From an uncultured Acidobacteriota bacterium (lineage in GTDB: Bacteria; Acidobacteriota; Blastocatellia; RBC074): a DNA stretch of 64,000 nt. Each line of letters begins with the position of its first letter. Position 1 is the first letter of the stretch. Below the pieces are notes generated by a model. That model had not been told where the DNA came from. It was given only the letters and a program-made list of their open reading frames with translations, and did not search any database. The stretch spans positions 448,001 through 512,000 of the forward strand of contig CAWCKY010000002.1 of NCBI GenBank assembly GCA_963796275.1, given 5' to 3'. Positions 49,801-59,768 of this stretch are shown here, piece after piece. The translations under genes and the position numbers were made by a program.

Positions 49801-50473
49801 GACGAGTGCTGATAGTGCGCAGGCGACGACAAACCCTTATTTGTTTTCGCCCTACCAACAGAATCGTGCCAAATCGTACTCCGACACAGACGTTCCGCAC
49901 GCGTTCGCTCTCTCGCTAAATTGGGACTTCCCATTCGGCAAGGGGAAGAAGTGGGGAGCCGGCATCCCGACTGCTCTCAATTATCTGATAGGGGGCTGGC
50001 AGTTGTCCGGCATCACTCGTTGGTATAGCGGTGTGCCGATCGGCTTCAGATCCGGCTTCTGCAACGTTCCAGGGCCGTTTTCTATTTCCTGTGTTCCTGG
50101 AACGATTCCCGGAAAGAAGGTGCTCGTCCAGGAGAATTCCAATTACGACCCGGCCCTGCCGCGATTCAACCGGGACGCATTCGAGAATCCTCGGGAGGCT
50201 TTCGCGGATCCCACCTATTACGGTCAGGGCTCAAGGTACACAAACATCCGCAACCTACCATACCGAAATCAGGATTTGTCGTTGTACAAGAATTTTAGTT
50301 TCCTCGCAGATGACCGGCTTCGGGTTCAGTTGCGATTTGAAGCATTCAATGTCTTCAACATGCATATCCTCAATGGTTGGAACACAGATGTAGCCAGTCC
50401 GACTTTCGGCGCGTTGACCGGCGGACCTTCGGCACCACGCAACCTGCAGCTAGGAGTAAAGATTACTTTCTAA
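46868..50473 (+). CDS. Oar-type TonB-dependent receptor
   Basis: AAGGAG RBS before 46868; KSGTNDFHG, FAPRIGIAY, QQWNL, C-terminal QLGVKITF. Confidence 0.93.
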   Translation: MSSPYVPAVLRSCATLSPIARNISQTTWRLLLMLVLQIFLSSFTPAWCQSTSAAISGVVTDPKGAAIVDAEVTIKLIDASFTRKVNTDSEGLFAFPNIQQGAYELEISAVGFKVLTQRNIVIRQYEQVRMPVRLEVGEVGERVDVSAAVSQLNVETPEVKGTISRTEIEQLPLQVAGAQRSAAQFATLLPGVTPGGGQTDAGNARFNGGQRNSDEAILDGVTMQEGLLNQSGMIAIQSDFPIAPEAVNEISVITSNYDVQYGSSAGAVIIASTKSGTNDFHGGGYSYHRNTAFNAAPWGQQRPRIQQTDYGFYLGGPVKLRGLWNSKVKTYFFGHMERFRSVGATTKPVLTLPTAKMRQGDFSEWPNPIYDPNTLRENPNYNPNIEVGPTNLPYLRDQFMGCDGNQPNVICQNDPRLGNALAQAWFKLLPMPNRPGVVANYEAPVGLASSLNANTNQYDARGDAYIGQNDHISGTYHYRGTLPFTQAVLPPALDTNNTRIPNYSHIARVNWDHTFSPTLVNNFNIGYLDLPTNLFNSSDCCVNDVPQISGVYSNEHVPQIRFSDQYSGYGGNGDFFTTRPTWSINNTITWIRGRHQLKIGGEWRSVKYPTSTEANGSGTFNFDRGATSVRGIASGNPMASFLLGAVSNASVTYYSLPEWSPTGYSVGLFIGDQWKVNNRLNVTMGVRWDLYVPSMEEQDRTSFFDPYGPNPGAGGRPGRMVFAGDQHGDASFGKRYPEELFKRAFAPRIGIAYTPNDKTVVRAGYGIFFMQNFYPGWNGGIATDGFNFTATFNSQLGGLEPAFLLQNGVPQTFEKPPFTTTTYLNGLNAPNYRPFDGNQLPYAQQWNLTIEQRLGESTYISSAYVGNKGTRLLSNIAGINAVDPQYLSLGERLNDQFQPGQTVLNGVPIPYVGWQEQMRGCPPSVAQALRPFPQYCNSIFGQNENVGNSTYHAFQLKVERRLSHGLFFLGSYTWSKTLTSADSAQATTNPYLFSPYQQNRAKSYSDTDVPHAFALSLNWDFPFGKGKKWGAGIPTALNYLIGGWQLSGITRWYSGVPIGFRSGFCNVPGPFSISCVPGTIPGKKVLVQENSNYDPALPRFNRDAFENPREAFADPTYYGQGSRYTNIRNLPYRNQDLSLYKNFSFLADDRLRVQLRFEAFNVFNMHILNGWNTDVASPTFGALTGGPSAPRNLQLGVKITF

Positions 50474-50526
50474 CCCTATCTGAGAACACCTTATGTGATG
50501 GATCGCTCTTTGTTGGTAGAAATGTT

Positions 50527-50631
50527 GGTGAAAAGCCGGCGGCTGAATTCAAATGGCTGCTTTCGGGAGAATTCACTTGAATCAGTTCGCGCAATCAGAT
50601 TTGCCATTCAGCAGCCGCGCTTTTCAGCACC
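50527..50631. other. Long imperfect hairpin between convergent genes
   Basis: GGTGAAAAGCCGGCGGCTGAAT...ATTCAGCAGCCGCGCTTTTCAGCACC. Confidence 0.45.
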
Positions 50632-50698
50632 TGGCTACTGCCGCAGTCAGTTTGGATAACTATTGATCTTAAAATAATCAGCTTTTCACGAACCAAAC

Positions 50699-50733
50699 CA
50701 GCCCACGGAGCGGGCGGCCAGCTTCGCGGGCTG
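50699..50733. repeat. Degenerate REP doublet (AGCCCGCGAAGCGGGC type)
   Basis: CAGCCCACGGAGCGGGCG...GCTTCGCGGGCTG. Confidence 0.5.
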
Positions 50734-50872
50734 ATCTGTGAAATTTTTTTTGGTTAGGTGTCGAACCAGAATGTCAATAACACAATCGGCTCGACCTCAA
50801 TTAGATGGCAGAGTACTCATCGCGATCATTTCGCTCAAGATTTATAAAAACCGAAATGGCCTCTCTCTCCCC

Positions 50873-52123
50873 TCACATCCAGTCCCTTATCCATTTCCAC
50901 GCCTCCGCCTGCATTTTTAGATTGAATTCATGCGGCGCATCGTAAAGAATGCAGCGCTGTCGTTTTTCGGCCCCGGCTTTTGCGTAGCAACGGGAGATCT
51001 TCTCGAACGCCGCTTTCACGCCATCGAGCGCGAAGAGCCGGTCCTGAGACCCGTTGATCACCAGCACAGAGCGCGGCGCGATCAATGCCGCCAGGTCTGG
51101 CAGGTCGAAGTGGCGGTACATGCCATTGATGTAAAAAGAAAAGCCGATGGTATTGATGATGTGATTTTTGATCTGCGCGCCGAGCGATGTCATCCACCCG
51201 ACGGCAACTGCCGTTTTGATTCGCTCATCGAGCGCCGCGAGCAGAAAGCTCCTCCAGCCGCCGACGGAAAGTCCGACGCAACCGAGCCGTCGCTTGTCCA
51301 CTTCCGGGCGCGAGGCGAGGTAATCGAGTGTGCGGATGTCATCCCAAAGTACTATGCCTGGCCAGCTGACCCCGGCTGTGAAGAGACTGCGCGCAACCAG
51401 CTGTTCGTTTTGCGATGAGCGTCGATTGAATGCCGCGATCTCTTCATCCGTCATCGCGCGCGGGCGTTCGCGGTAAGCGGCCGGATCGTTGTCCAGCAGC
51501 ATGCGCCGTTCGCCCCAATAGAACATATCAATCGCGATCACGACGTAACCTTGCCGTGCCAGTTCTGCCGCGATAGCCTTCCCGCCGTAGCGTTGATTCT
51601 TGAATGCGGTCAAATATGGATGCTCATCTTCCGTCCCTTCAACGACCTTCTCTTTCCCCCACAAATAGATGCCGTCGTGGCTGTGCAGCGCGACGATACC
51701 CGGGGCGGGCAGCTTGGCGTTCTTCGGAATCAACAGGTACGCCGGCACACGCAGATCCGGTGTCGTCTGAAAGGTCAGGTACTCTTCGATGTAATCTCCA
51801 CGGTCTGTCCGCCTGATCGATTCCGGTTGCGGAGCGACTGGCGGCGGAGCATAGGTAAGTAGTTCGAAGAGTTTCGCTCGTGCGCGTACCTGCCACTGCT
51901 TGAGGCTTTTAAATTCGGGAAGCAGAAACGAGAGGGAGAGCGGCGATTGATCAGCCTGCCTTTGAACGAAGGGATAGAGATTGCCGATGTGCGAGCCGGC
52001 TGCACTAGCCGGCTGCCTGTTTACCATCGTGAGAGCTAGACCCTCAACCAGCGGATCGCCGCCTGCTACCAGTCCCCCGCCAGCTGCCAGGCTCTCACAG
52101 AATTCCCGCCGCGATATTGTCAT
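50873..52123 (-). CDS. Dienelactone hydrolase-like alpha/beta hydrolase, Tat-like signal
   Basis: SRREF; [45 protein letters not shown]. Confidence 0.88.
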   Translation of the reverse strand: MTISRREFCESLAAGGGLVAGGDPLVEGLALTMVNRQPASAAGSHIGNLYPFVQRQADQSPLSLSFLLPEFKSLKQWQVRARAKLFELLTYAPPPVAPQPESIRRTDRGDYIEEYLTFQTTPDLRVPAYLLIPKNAKLPAPGIVALHSHDGIYLWGKEKVVEGTEDEHPYLTAFKNQRYGGKAIAAELARQGYVVIAIDMFYWGERRMLLDNDPAAYRERPRAMTDEEIAAFNRRSSQNEQLVARSLFTAGVSWPGIVLWDDIRTLDYLASRPEVDKRRLGCVGLSVGGWRSFLLAALDERIKTAVAVGWMTSLGAQIKNHIINTIGFSFYINGMYRHFDLPDLAALIAPRSVLVINGSQDRLFALDGVKAAFEKISRCYAKAGAEKRQRCILYDAPHEFNLKMQAEAWKWIRDWM

Positions 52124-52133
52124 TTGACTCTGA

Positions 52134-52170
52134 TTAGCCCAGGGCGGAGGGTAGCCCCAACCCTGGGTAA
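52134..52170. repeat. REP-like hairpin
   Basis: TTAGCCCAGGG...CCCTGGGTAA. Confidence 0.5.
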
Positions 52171-52176
52171 TCCCGT

Positions 52177-54406
52177 TCACACAAGTTTATGTCTGCGAAT
52201 CGGTAAATCACGAATGCGTTTTCCTGTCGCAGCGAAGAGCGCATTGCAGATCGCGGGTGCCATCGGCGGCACGCCCGGTTCGCCCACGCCGGCAGGCGGT
52301 TCTTCGCTCGACACCAGATGAACGTGAGTAGCTATCGGAGCTTCCGGCATCCGCGCCACCGGGTATTCGTGAAAGTTAGATTGTTGAATCTCGCCATTGA
52401 CCGCCGTGATCTCACCCATCAAGGCGATCGATGAGCCGAAAACCGCAGCACCTTCGAACTGCGATCTGACCCGATCGGGGTTGATTAACCTGCCGGCATC
52501 GACCGCAAGATCCACGCGAGGAATGCGAATCTTGCCATTACCATCCACCTCGACTTCAACGACTGCAGCAACATAGCTGTAAAAGCTCCAATGCGCCGCA
52601 ATACCCATAGCCTTACCCTTTGCCGGTTTCTTCTTCGCCCAGCCGGAACGCTCCGCCGCCAGTTCGATCACGTTTCGCAAACGCCCTGTGTCCAGCGGGA
52701 ATTTCTGCGCCATCGGACTGCGATCTTGCAGGTCGATCTTGCGCGGCTGACCCAACACGTCTAGCAAATATTCGACAGAATCCCGCTTCGCCAGTTGCGC
52801 CAGCTCATCCACAAAAGATTGGACCCCGAATGCGTGATAGATGTTCGCAACCGAGCGCAGCCAGCCGATGCGCACGTGCGCCTTCGCCGGACCGTTTTCA
52901 GCGCGATGGTTAGGAATGTCGAACGGCACGCTACTCCAGCCCATGCCCATCTCAAATGGCTGCCCCGTCTCCGCCGCGGCGTTGAATGTCGAACCGATGG
53001 TCGGAAACGCGCTTCGTTGCAGCCATGCTGTCGGCCGGCCTTTGTCATCCACCGCCGCCTTCAGATACATCGCCGCGACCGCGTGATAGTAATCGAAACG
53101 CACATCATCCTCGCGGCTCCAGGTCACCTTGACCGGCTTGCCCACAGCCTTAGAGAGCAGCGCCGCTTCCGCGACATAATCCGGCTTCGACTTGCGCCCG
53201 AAGCCGCCGCCGAGCAGCGTCACGTGACATTCGACATTTTTCTTGTCGATGCCGAGCGCGGCGGCCACCGTATCCTGCACGGCCTGCGGGTTCTGCGTCG
53301 CGGCGTAGACGACAACCTTACCATCCTTGAAGTCAGCGACTGCCGCCGGGGGCTCCATCGGCGCATGCGCCAGGTGAGGCGCGTAGTACGCGGCCTCGTG
53401 AGTTTTCCCGCCCTTCGCAAACTCCGCATCCACATCGCCTATATTGCGTACGGCTCGCTGTGGCTTGCGGACGGTTTCCAGAAGCGCTTCTTTGTATTTG
53501 GCGGAGTCGTAGCTCGCATTCCCGCCCGGCTCCCATTCGACTTTCAGCTTCTCGCGGCCTTTCATTGCGGCCCACGTGTTATCGGCGATGACCGCCACTC
53601 CGCCCAGAGGCTTGAAAACGACCGGAGGCGTTATCCCCGGCAGTACGATCGTCTGACGCACCCCCGCCACTTTGCGCGCTTCCTGATCGTCATAGCTCTT
53701 CAGCTTTCCCCCGATCACGGGAGAACGCTCGATCGAGGCATAGACCATCCCCGGCATCTTCGCATCGATTCCGAAAATTCCCTTCCCTGAGCAGATATCC
53801 TCACGATCTACAATCGGGACATTCTTCCCGATATAGCGAAACTCTGACGGAGACTTGAACTTCAGCTCATCCTTCTTAGGTATCTCCTGCTTCGCCGCAA
53901 GTTCGGCCAGTTCTCCGTAACCTAGCTTACGCTCGCTGCCGGAGTGGACTACCTGATGGTTCTGCGCTTTGCATTCGGAGGCCGGAACCCCCCATTTTTC
54001 AGCGGCCGCGCGTTCCAGCATAAGGCGAGCGCTCGCTCCGGCTTCACGCATCGCATCGTAAAAGTCGCGGATCGAACACGAGCCATCCGTGTTCTGCGAA
54101 CCGAATTTCTCGTCTCCGATGGCCTGCTCGACCTTCACTCGCTTCCAGTCGGCCTCCAGTTCGTCAGCCACCACAGTCGGCAGCACGCTCCGAATGCCGG
54201 TCCCCATCTCCGAGCGATGCGCTACTATGATTACTGTGCCGTCGGGCTCCAATCCCAAATAGACGCTCGGATTCCACGCGGCATCGACTGCAGCTTGTGC
54301 CTGCGGAGGCAGTTACTGGCAACAAGCGCGCGCCGAGCACCAGCGCGCCAGCCGAAAACATGCCACCTATAAAAGTGCGACGACTGACCAGTTCGATTCG
54401 ATTCAT
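52177..54406 (-). pseudogene. iorB: Isoquinoline 1-oxidoreductase beta-like molybdopterin subunit, frameshifted at about 54302 (possible sequence error)
   Basis: Tat N-terminus SRRTFIGG in ORF 54406-54164; body [36 protein letters not shown] in ORF 54258-52177. Confidence 0.8.
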
Positions 54407-54924
54407 CGCCTGCCTCCTGCTTTGCTCGTGCCGGTTGTTGTATTGGATGCCGGGGCTTTGCTCCCACCTTTTTGAGCCGCCAGCTTGATCGCCTCGCGGA
54501 TACGTTGATACGTGCCGCAGCGGCAGATGTTGCCTTTCATCGCCGATTCAATCTCCGCATCCGTAGGCTTCGGTTTCTGCTTCAACAGCGCGGCTGCCTG
54601 CATGAGCTGACCGCTCTGGCAGTAGCCGCACTGCGAAACGTTGACCTCCATCCACGCTTGCTGCAGCGGATGACTTAAATCCGGCGAGAGCCCTTCGATC
54701 GTTGTGATCTTTTTGCCAACTGCGTTCGAGACCGGGGTGCTGCAGGAGCGAACAGCCTCGCCGTTGAGGTGCACCGTGCAGGCGCCACACAACGACATGC
54801 CGCAACCGTACTTGGTGCCCGTCAGATCGAGCATGTCGCGTAAGACCCAAAGCAGCGGCGTGTCCGGGCTCGCATCTACAGTCTGTACTTTACCGTTGAC
54901 GTTAAGCCTGATTGTAGGCATCAA
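54403..54924 (-). CDS. iorA: (2Fe-2S)-binding subunit, IorA-like
   Basis: [35 protein letters not shown]. Confidence 0.9.
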   Translation of the reverse strand: MMPTIRLNVNGKVQTVDASPDTPLLWVLRDMLDLTGTKYGCGMSLCGACTVHLNGEAVRSCSTPVSNAVGKKITTIEGLSPDLSHPLQQAWMEVNVSQCGYCQSGQLMQAAALLKQKPKPTDAEIESAMKGNICRCGTYQRIREAIKLAAQKGGSKAPASNTTTGTSKAGGRR

Positions 54925-55069
54925 TAATTCTCCTTCCTAATCTCTAGTTTGGCTCGTCCCGATTGGCAATCGGTCATTGGCCTTATTTCTCGGGAAGTTT
55001 GCGTCCGTGTCCTGCAAACAACGGCCAATTATCAATTCACGATGACGATGAACTCAACGATTATCCCAT

Positions 55070-57439
55070 TTATCTCAACATGAACGAATAGCGCCCTCGA
55101 TCATGTGGAACAACAACCTCAACCGTCGCTGACGCCGCATTTCCAGCTTTATCGGTAATAACAGCTTTTATGCGATAAATCCGGCCATCGGGATCATCGC
55201 CCTTGCGGCGCGCCTCAACCGCCAGCCGCTCCGTCCATTTCGCCGAATTACCGCTCAGTGAACGCGGCACGATGTTCAACAAAGAACCATATTCGTCAGT
55301 CACCACATAACTCACTCCGTCGAGACCCGAGACCGGCTCTGCCCCCTCACCTTTGATGGTAACTACAACAATCTTTCCATTTGGCGGCCAGATGGTCGAG
55401 GGATTGGCCGAAAGTCCGATGGTTGGTGCGGTCTTGTCTATTCTGACCATAAGGCTGCGCGTCTCTTCGATGTTGCCTGCGCGGTCTGTCGATCGGTAAT
55501 TGATGGTAGCTATACCTTCCGAGCTGATCACTATGCTGCCTGCATATTTCCGCCAGGTCAGCCCGCCATCGGTTGAAAATTCGGTTTCTGCTACACCTGA
55601 GCAGTTGTCCGCCCCGCTCAATGTCACCGTAACATTCTCGGTGTACCAACCGTTTGAGCCGTTCGGGGCGGCAGGCGAAATGATTGCGGCGGTTACCGGC
55701 GCGATATCTTCCTGCGAGAGATCGGCATTCGCCACCGTCCCGGCAGCTACTGCAACGACGCACGAATAGAGCCTCACTCCTCTCAGTTCGCCTCTAACCA
55801 AATATTGACCGGTAGATAAATCGACACCGCCATAAAAACCGCTACCATCAGTCGCCGTCGCGTATGTAGCGGAGTTATCGAGATTCTCAATGGTCACCGT
55901 TGCCGTGTCGAGCGGCGTCCCATCGGCTCGCTTGGCAAAACCCATCAAATGTCCGAGCGTCGGCTCAGCTTTCCAGGCGAGCGTCGGGATCGACGCGGTT
56001 TGCGCGAAGAGCGGAATAGGGTTTATTGCCGGGTCTTCGTAAAGCGTGCTGCCGTCGATCGATCCGCCCGTGGTCAGTCCAGCGGCAAACTCAGCGAAAG
56101 GGCGTGCCGATGTATCTTGTCCGGAGGGAATCGAATGCGGGTTAGCTGAAACAGCGACATTTGATGTCGCCATCGAAAAGAAGATCGTTCCGAGGCTATT
56201 ATGCCCCGTCGTCGATGGGGAAAGCGCGCGACGGGTCTGGCGAAGCGTGCCCTCTATCGAGTTGAGAAATGCGCCGACCCCGACCATCGCAGACCTGTTG
56301 TATTGATGATTTTTGGCCCATTCGCTCCATTGATCGAATTGCGTTATACTGGAGGATGTATTTTCTCGTTTGTAGTTCATCGGCATCGCGATGTCCAGAA
56401 TGCCTTCCTCGGTCCACGCCTGCCAATCCTGATAGACCCGCCAATAGGCCTCTGCCGATCCCCAGGATGCTTCCGTCGTAGGGCCGCCGCCGAACGCGAT
56501 CAGCGCGGCTGAGATTTTCAAGTGAGGCTTGAGAGCGATCGTGTTGAGATAGATGCGGCGAACAAGATTGGTCACCTGATCACGTCGCCACTGGTTCCAG
56601 AGCGCATCGTTCTGCGCCGGAGGCGGAGATCCGACTGGGATGCCATGCCGACTCTGAAACCGTGACACGTTAGTTTCGTTATAGCCGATATTCGTCCCCG
56701 TAGACGGCGTTTGACCCGTGACGGAAATCTCAGGATATCGAATGCGATCGAGATGCAGACCGTCTATATCGTAATTGCGAACGAGATGCATCAGAGCATT
56801 TACGGTGTAAGCTGCTGCATCCGGGTGCCCTGGCTCCATCCAGAAATCCGCGCCGATGCGATGCCCTTGAAAAGTAACGCCGCCGGTCCCATCGGGAATT
56901 AGCGTGCGAGTCAACCAATTATCAGGCCCGGGTATGACCTGCATCGAAACCGGATCATAGCCGCCGTGCAGGTTGAAGATATGATTCGGATTGGTCGGCG
57001 GCCCCAGTGTTGCGGTCGGGGCAAAGGTCGGGTTCTTGTTCCAGACAGCACAGACGATGACGAAAGCATGCATCTCGATGCCATTCGCGTGGGCCTCATT
57101 AATTAAATCCTGCAATGGATCGAAGCCTGAGGCGATGGGAATAAAGTCCGGCAACGGTTCAATAGAGTTGATGTACCAGGAATCTCCGCGCCTCCGCACC
57201 TGTGCGAATATCGCATTGGCATTGGACATCCGCGCATTACTCACAACTGTGACGACGTCGTTGTGGTTGTTGAGCGGTGTGTTGAAAGTGTCGACCCAGA
57301 ATGCCCGGTACTGGCTGACAGCCTGTGCCGGTATATCTGCAACTATCAACATCATACAGAATAGAAGTCCTATTAAATGCCGGTAAGAACAAATGTGATC
57401 GTTATCACTAAAACACTCGGGGCTTGTTCGCTCCTGCAT
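55070..57439 (-). CDS. Glycosyl hydrolase-like 10 (DUF187/YddW-type) protein with carboxypeptidase-regulatory-like and Ig-like domains
   Basis: YRAFWVD, AQVRRRGD, FDPLQ, YDIDGLHLDRIRY, QWRRDQV, VYQDW, PMNY; PNGSNGWY...YRSTDRAGNIE; WPPNGK...VPHD. Confidence 0.87.
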   Translation of the reverse strand: MQERTSPECFSDNDHICSYRHLIGLLFCMMLIVADIPAQAVSQYRAFWVDTFNTPLNNHNDVVTVVSNARMSNANAIFAQVRRRGDSWYINSIEPLPDFIPIASGFDPLQDLINEAHANGIEMHAFVIVCAVWNKNPTFAPTATLGPPTNPNHIFNLHGGYDPVSMQVIPGPDNWLTRTLIPDGTGGVTFQGHRIGADFWMEPGHPDAAAYTVNALMHLVRNYDIDGLHLDRIRYPEISVTGQTPSTGTNIGYNETNVSRFQSRHGIPVGSPPPAQNDALWNQWRRDQVTNLVRRIYLNTIALKPHLKISAALIAFGGGPTTEASWGSAEAYWRVYQDWQAWTEEGILDIAMPMNYKRENTSSSITQFDQWSEWAKNHQYNRSAMVGVGAFLNSIEGTLRQTRRALSPSTTGHNSLGTIFFSMATSNVAVSANPHSIPSGQDTSARPFAEFAAGLTTGGSIDGSTLYEDPAINPIPLFAQTASIPTLAWKAEPTLGHLMGFAKRADGTPLDTATVTIENLDNSATYATATDGSGFYGGVDLSTGQYLVRGELRGVRLYSCVVAVAAGTVANADLSQEDIAPVTAAIISPAAPNGSNGWYTENVTVTLSGADNCSGVAETEFSTDGGLTWRKYAGSIVISSEGIATINYRSTDRAGNIEETRSLMVRIDKTAPTIGLSANPSTIWPPNGKIVVVTIKGEGAEPVSGLDGVSYVVTDEYGSLLNIVPRSLSGNSAKWTERLAVEARRKGDDPDGRIYRIKAVITDKAGNAASATVEVVVPHDRGRYSFMLR

Positions 57440-57628
57440 TCTTTCTCCTCGTTGTTGGTTTTGAATCGATGTCCCTGATGCCGTTAAACTGGCAGAGTCT
57501 ATGGTAGCGAGTGCTGCCTGGTCAATAGCATTTCCCGCACATCATGTCCCTGCATCATTTGCATCGAGTGACGCAAATGTATTCATGCTCGAAATCAAAA
57601 AAGCGCTGATTCTGGCACTTGCCGGCAA

Positions 57629-57700
57629 GTGGCGCTGACTGCCAGCTATTTTTCGGTACGACGTGCACCGAAAGTGGATCCGATGATTGCGTTGCGCTGA
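57629..57700 (+). pseudogene. Relic C-terminus of an ADOP/MacB-FtsX ABC permease
   Basis: Translates VALTASYFSVRRAPKVDPMIALR*, close to the typical ending VALxAxYxPARRAxKVDPMxALR. Confidence 0.7.
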
Positions 57701-57773
57701 TACTAGATGGTAAATATGTGAGCGAGATGCAGATTTCTTACGGCTGAATATGATTTTCGGGAGGGACAGTGGT

Positions 57774-58412
57774 ATGAAACTCAATCGAAGATTTTTTCTA
57801 AGTACCGGCGCTTTGAGCGCCACCGCCGCTATTTTCGGAGTGCACGCCGAAAATAACCGAGACGATGGCGGGCAGGCTATTGCACCTATCAAAATCAAGG
57901 AGCCTCGCGTTATCACCCGTCTGTTCAAAGACGCAGGAACCATTCCAAACAGCCGTCTACCGGTGCTGATCTATCAAGGCGCCCTGGAATTGCCTAAAAA
58001 CGATCCAGCTTCCGCTATCGAAGCGTTGATCCACGCGCAGCAATGGGGCAACGATTGGCGGAATGGAATCTATAACTACCATCACTATCACAGCACCGCG
58101 CATGAAGCATTGCTCGTTTACAGCGGCTCAGCCAGAGTGCAGTTGGGCGGCGAAGCTGGCCCCATCGAGACCATCAGCGCTGGCGATGTCATCATTATTC
58201 CCGCCGGCGTAGGCCATAAGAACGCGGGCGCCAGCAGCGACTTTCACGTCGTGGGGGCATACCCGCCGCGTCAGAACGTGGACATGAAATACGGGAAACC
58301 CGGCGAACGTCCGCGCGCTGATGAGAACATCGGGCGCCTCTCATTGCCAACGACCGATCCGGTATTTGGCGAGACCGGCCCGCTCCTCGAACATTGGCGA
58401 GTCCCAAGCTAA
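57774..58412 (+). CDS. Cupin (YjlB-like) with Tat-like signal
   Basis: NRRFFL; IPNSRLPVLIY, WRNGIYNYHHYHSTAHE, GDVIIIPAGVGH, VVGAYP, DPVFG. Confidence 0.88.
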   Translation: MKLNRRFFLSTGALSATAAIFGVHAENNRDDGGQAIAPIKIKEPRVITRLFKDAGTIPNSRLPVLIYQGALELPKNDPASAIEALIHAQQWGNDWRNGIYNYHHYHSTAHEALLVYSGSARVQLGGEAGPIETISAGDVIIIPAGVGHKNAGASSDFHVVGAYPPRQNVDMKYGKPGERPRADENIGRLSLPTTDPVFGETGPLLEHWRVPS

Positions 58413-58418
58413 CCAGCA

Positions 58419-59750
58419 TCACCTGAGTCGCTTCAATAGCTTCTTGAACCGCTCAATTTCACGCAGGCTGTCGAGATCGCTGTCAGTCTCATATTGCTGA
58501 CGATCGGTGAACCCCGCGCCGATCGCCTCCTCTAAATTGTCGAGCGCCTTTTCCTTCTGACCCGACATCGCATAGGCACAAGCCAGGTTGTAAAAGTCTA
58601 GCGCGCCGCTGCCCCCAACCTTGATCGCCTGCTCCAGGCTTTTGATCGCTTCCGCATACTGTTTGAGATATATCTGGCTCGTCCCCAGCCGATGCCAGGC
58701 CACCGGGTCATTCGGATTCACTTTAACCAATTGCTGATAGGCCGCGGCCGCATCTGCCCATTCCTGCCCCAGGTAATGTTCTTGCGCCTTCTGCGCGAGC
58801 GCGTTCGGCGACGCGGCTGACGGTTGCGATGGCTGGGGTCGGGCTTCCTGCGGGATCGGGTTGACCACATCCATCACGATACGCCACTGCCCCCGCCCCT
58901 GCCCCTTCGCATCGCGTTTCCAGACGCGCGCGAAGTAGCCCTTCTCAGTCTTTGTCCCACCCAACTCATAACTCCCGTAGGCGTAGCCCAGATCGCCGGA
59001 GAGCGAAACGTCGGCTCTGATCGGCTCCCCGCTGAGCGTCATCGTCTGGCGGGCGACCCAACTATGCAGCGCGCCTTCGCCGACTACGGGCATGGCTCCA
59101 GGCCGATGCACCCGGGCGTCATCGCTCAGACGGCTCTCGTAAGCTTTCCCCGCACTGCTTGCTTTAGCCATCGCCAGGAACTCGCGTTCCATCTTGAGCA
59201 GCCCGGCGATCTCTTCATCTATCTTCACGCCCGTGGCGGGCCGCTTGCTCGACGACCTATAGGACGTCAGGAATGACGCATTGAGCGAGACGACTGCCGC
59301 TGGAGTATCGGTCCCCAGATCCACGACAACCTTCCAGCTGCCGTCGCTTTGCTTCTTCCATACCGAGAAAAACATGCCATGGCGCGCCGGCTTTTGATCA
59401 GGGCCGGTGTCCTCAAACACGGTAGGGCCGGTGTTCCAGCCAAGATCGCCCGCCTGTGCTATATCGCCATAGACGGGCGCCCAGTTGAGCACCATCGTCG
59501 AGCGAGTCGCCGGAGCCGGATTACGGCTCAACGACTCTTTCACCTTGTAGGGATGAGGTGCGAAGCCGATGCCGTCATCTGCGAAGTAAGTTATGAAGGA
59601 TTCGCGGATGCCGCGCTCGACCGAGAGCCTGGCAAACGCCCTTTCGGCGTTGATCAATTCAGCTTGCTCGGGCGGCAAACCTTTATCTTGCGTAAACGCA
59701 GACAGGGTCAGAACGAAAAGTAAGAGAACAATGGTGGTGCGCGATTTCAT
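58419..59750 (-). CDS. Secreted tandem DUF4440 (NTF2-like) + TPR protein
   Basis: Two AE(R)xF...GDLG...VWK modules; C-terminal YNLACAYA...DSDLDSLR. Confidence 0.85.
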   Translation of the reverse strand: MKSRTTIVLLLFVLTLSAFTQDKGLPPEQAELINAERAFARLSVERGIRESFITYFADDGIGFAPHPYKVKESLSRNPAPATRSTMVLNWAPVYGDIAQAGDLGWNTGPTVFEDTGPDQKPARHGMFFSVWKKQSDGSWKVVVDLGTDTPAAVVSLNASFLTSYRSSSKRPATGVKIDEEIAGLLKMEREFLAMAKASSAGKAYESRLSDDARVHRPGAMPVVGEGALHSWVARQTMTLSGEPIRADVSLSGDLGYAYGSYELGGTKTEKGYFARVWKRDAKGQGRGQWRIVMDVVNPIPQEARPQPSQPSAASPNALAQKAQEHYLGQEWADAAAAYQQLVKVNPNDPVAWHRLGTSQIYLKQYAEAIKSLEQAIKVGGSGALDFYNLACAYAMSGQKEKALDNLEEAIGAGFTDRQQYETDSDLDSLREIERFKKLLKRLR

Positions 59751-59768
59751 CGTTATCTCCTGCGGGGT

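Noticed and set aside
52795-53790. Long antisense ORFs (331 aa here; also 28408-29232, 9146-9952, 14003-14638, 19457-20068)
   Set aside because: Shadow ORFs opposite well-supported genes in GC-rich DNA, with no motifs.
40024-54406. Programmed ribosomal frameshifting or homopolymer phase variation at the three breaks
   Set aside because: No slippery heptamers or repeat tracts at the junctions, and these families are not known to recode.
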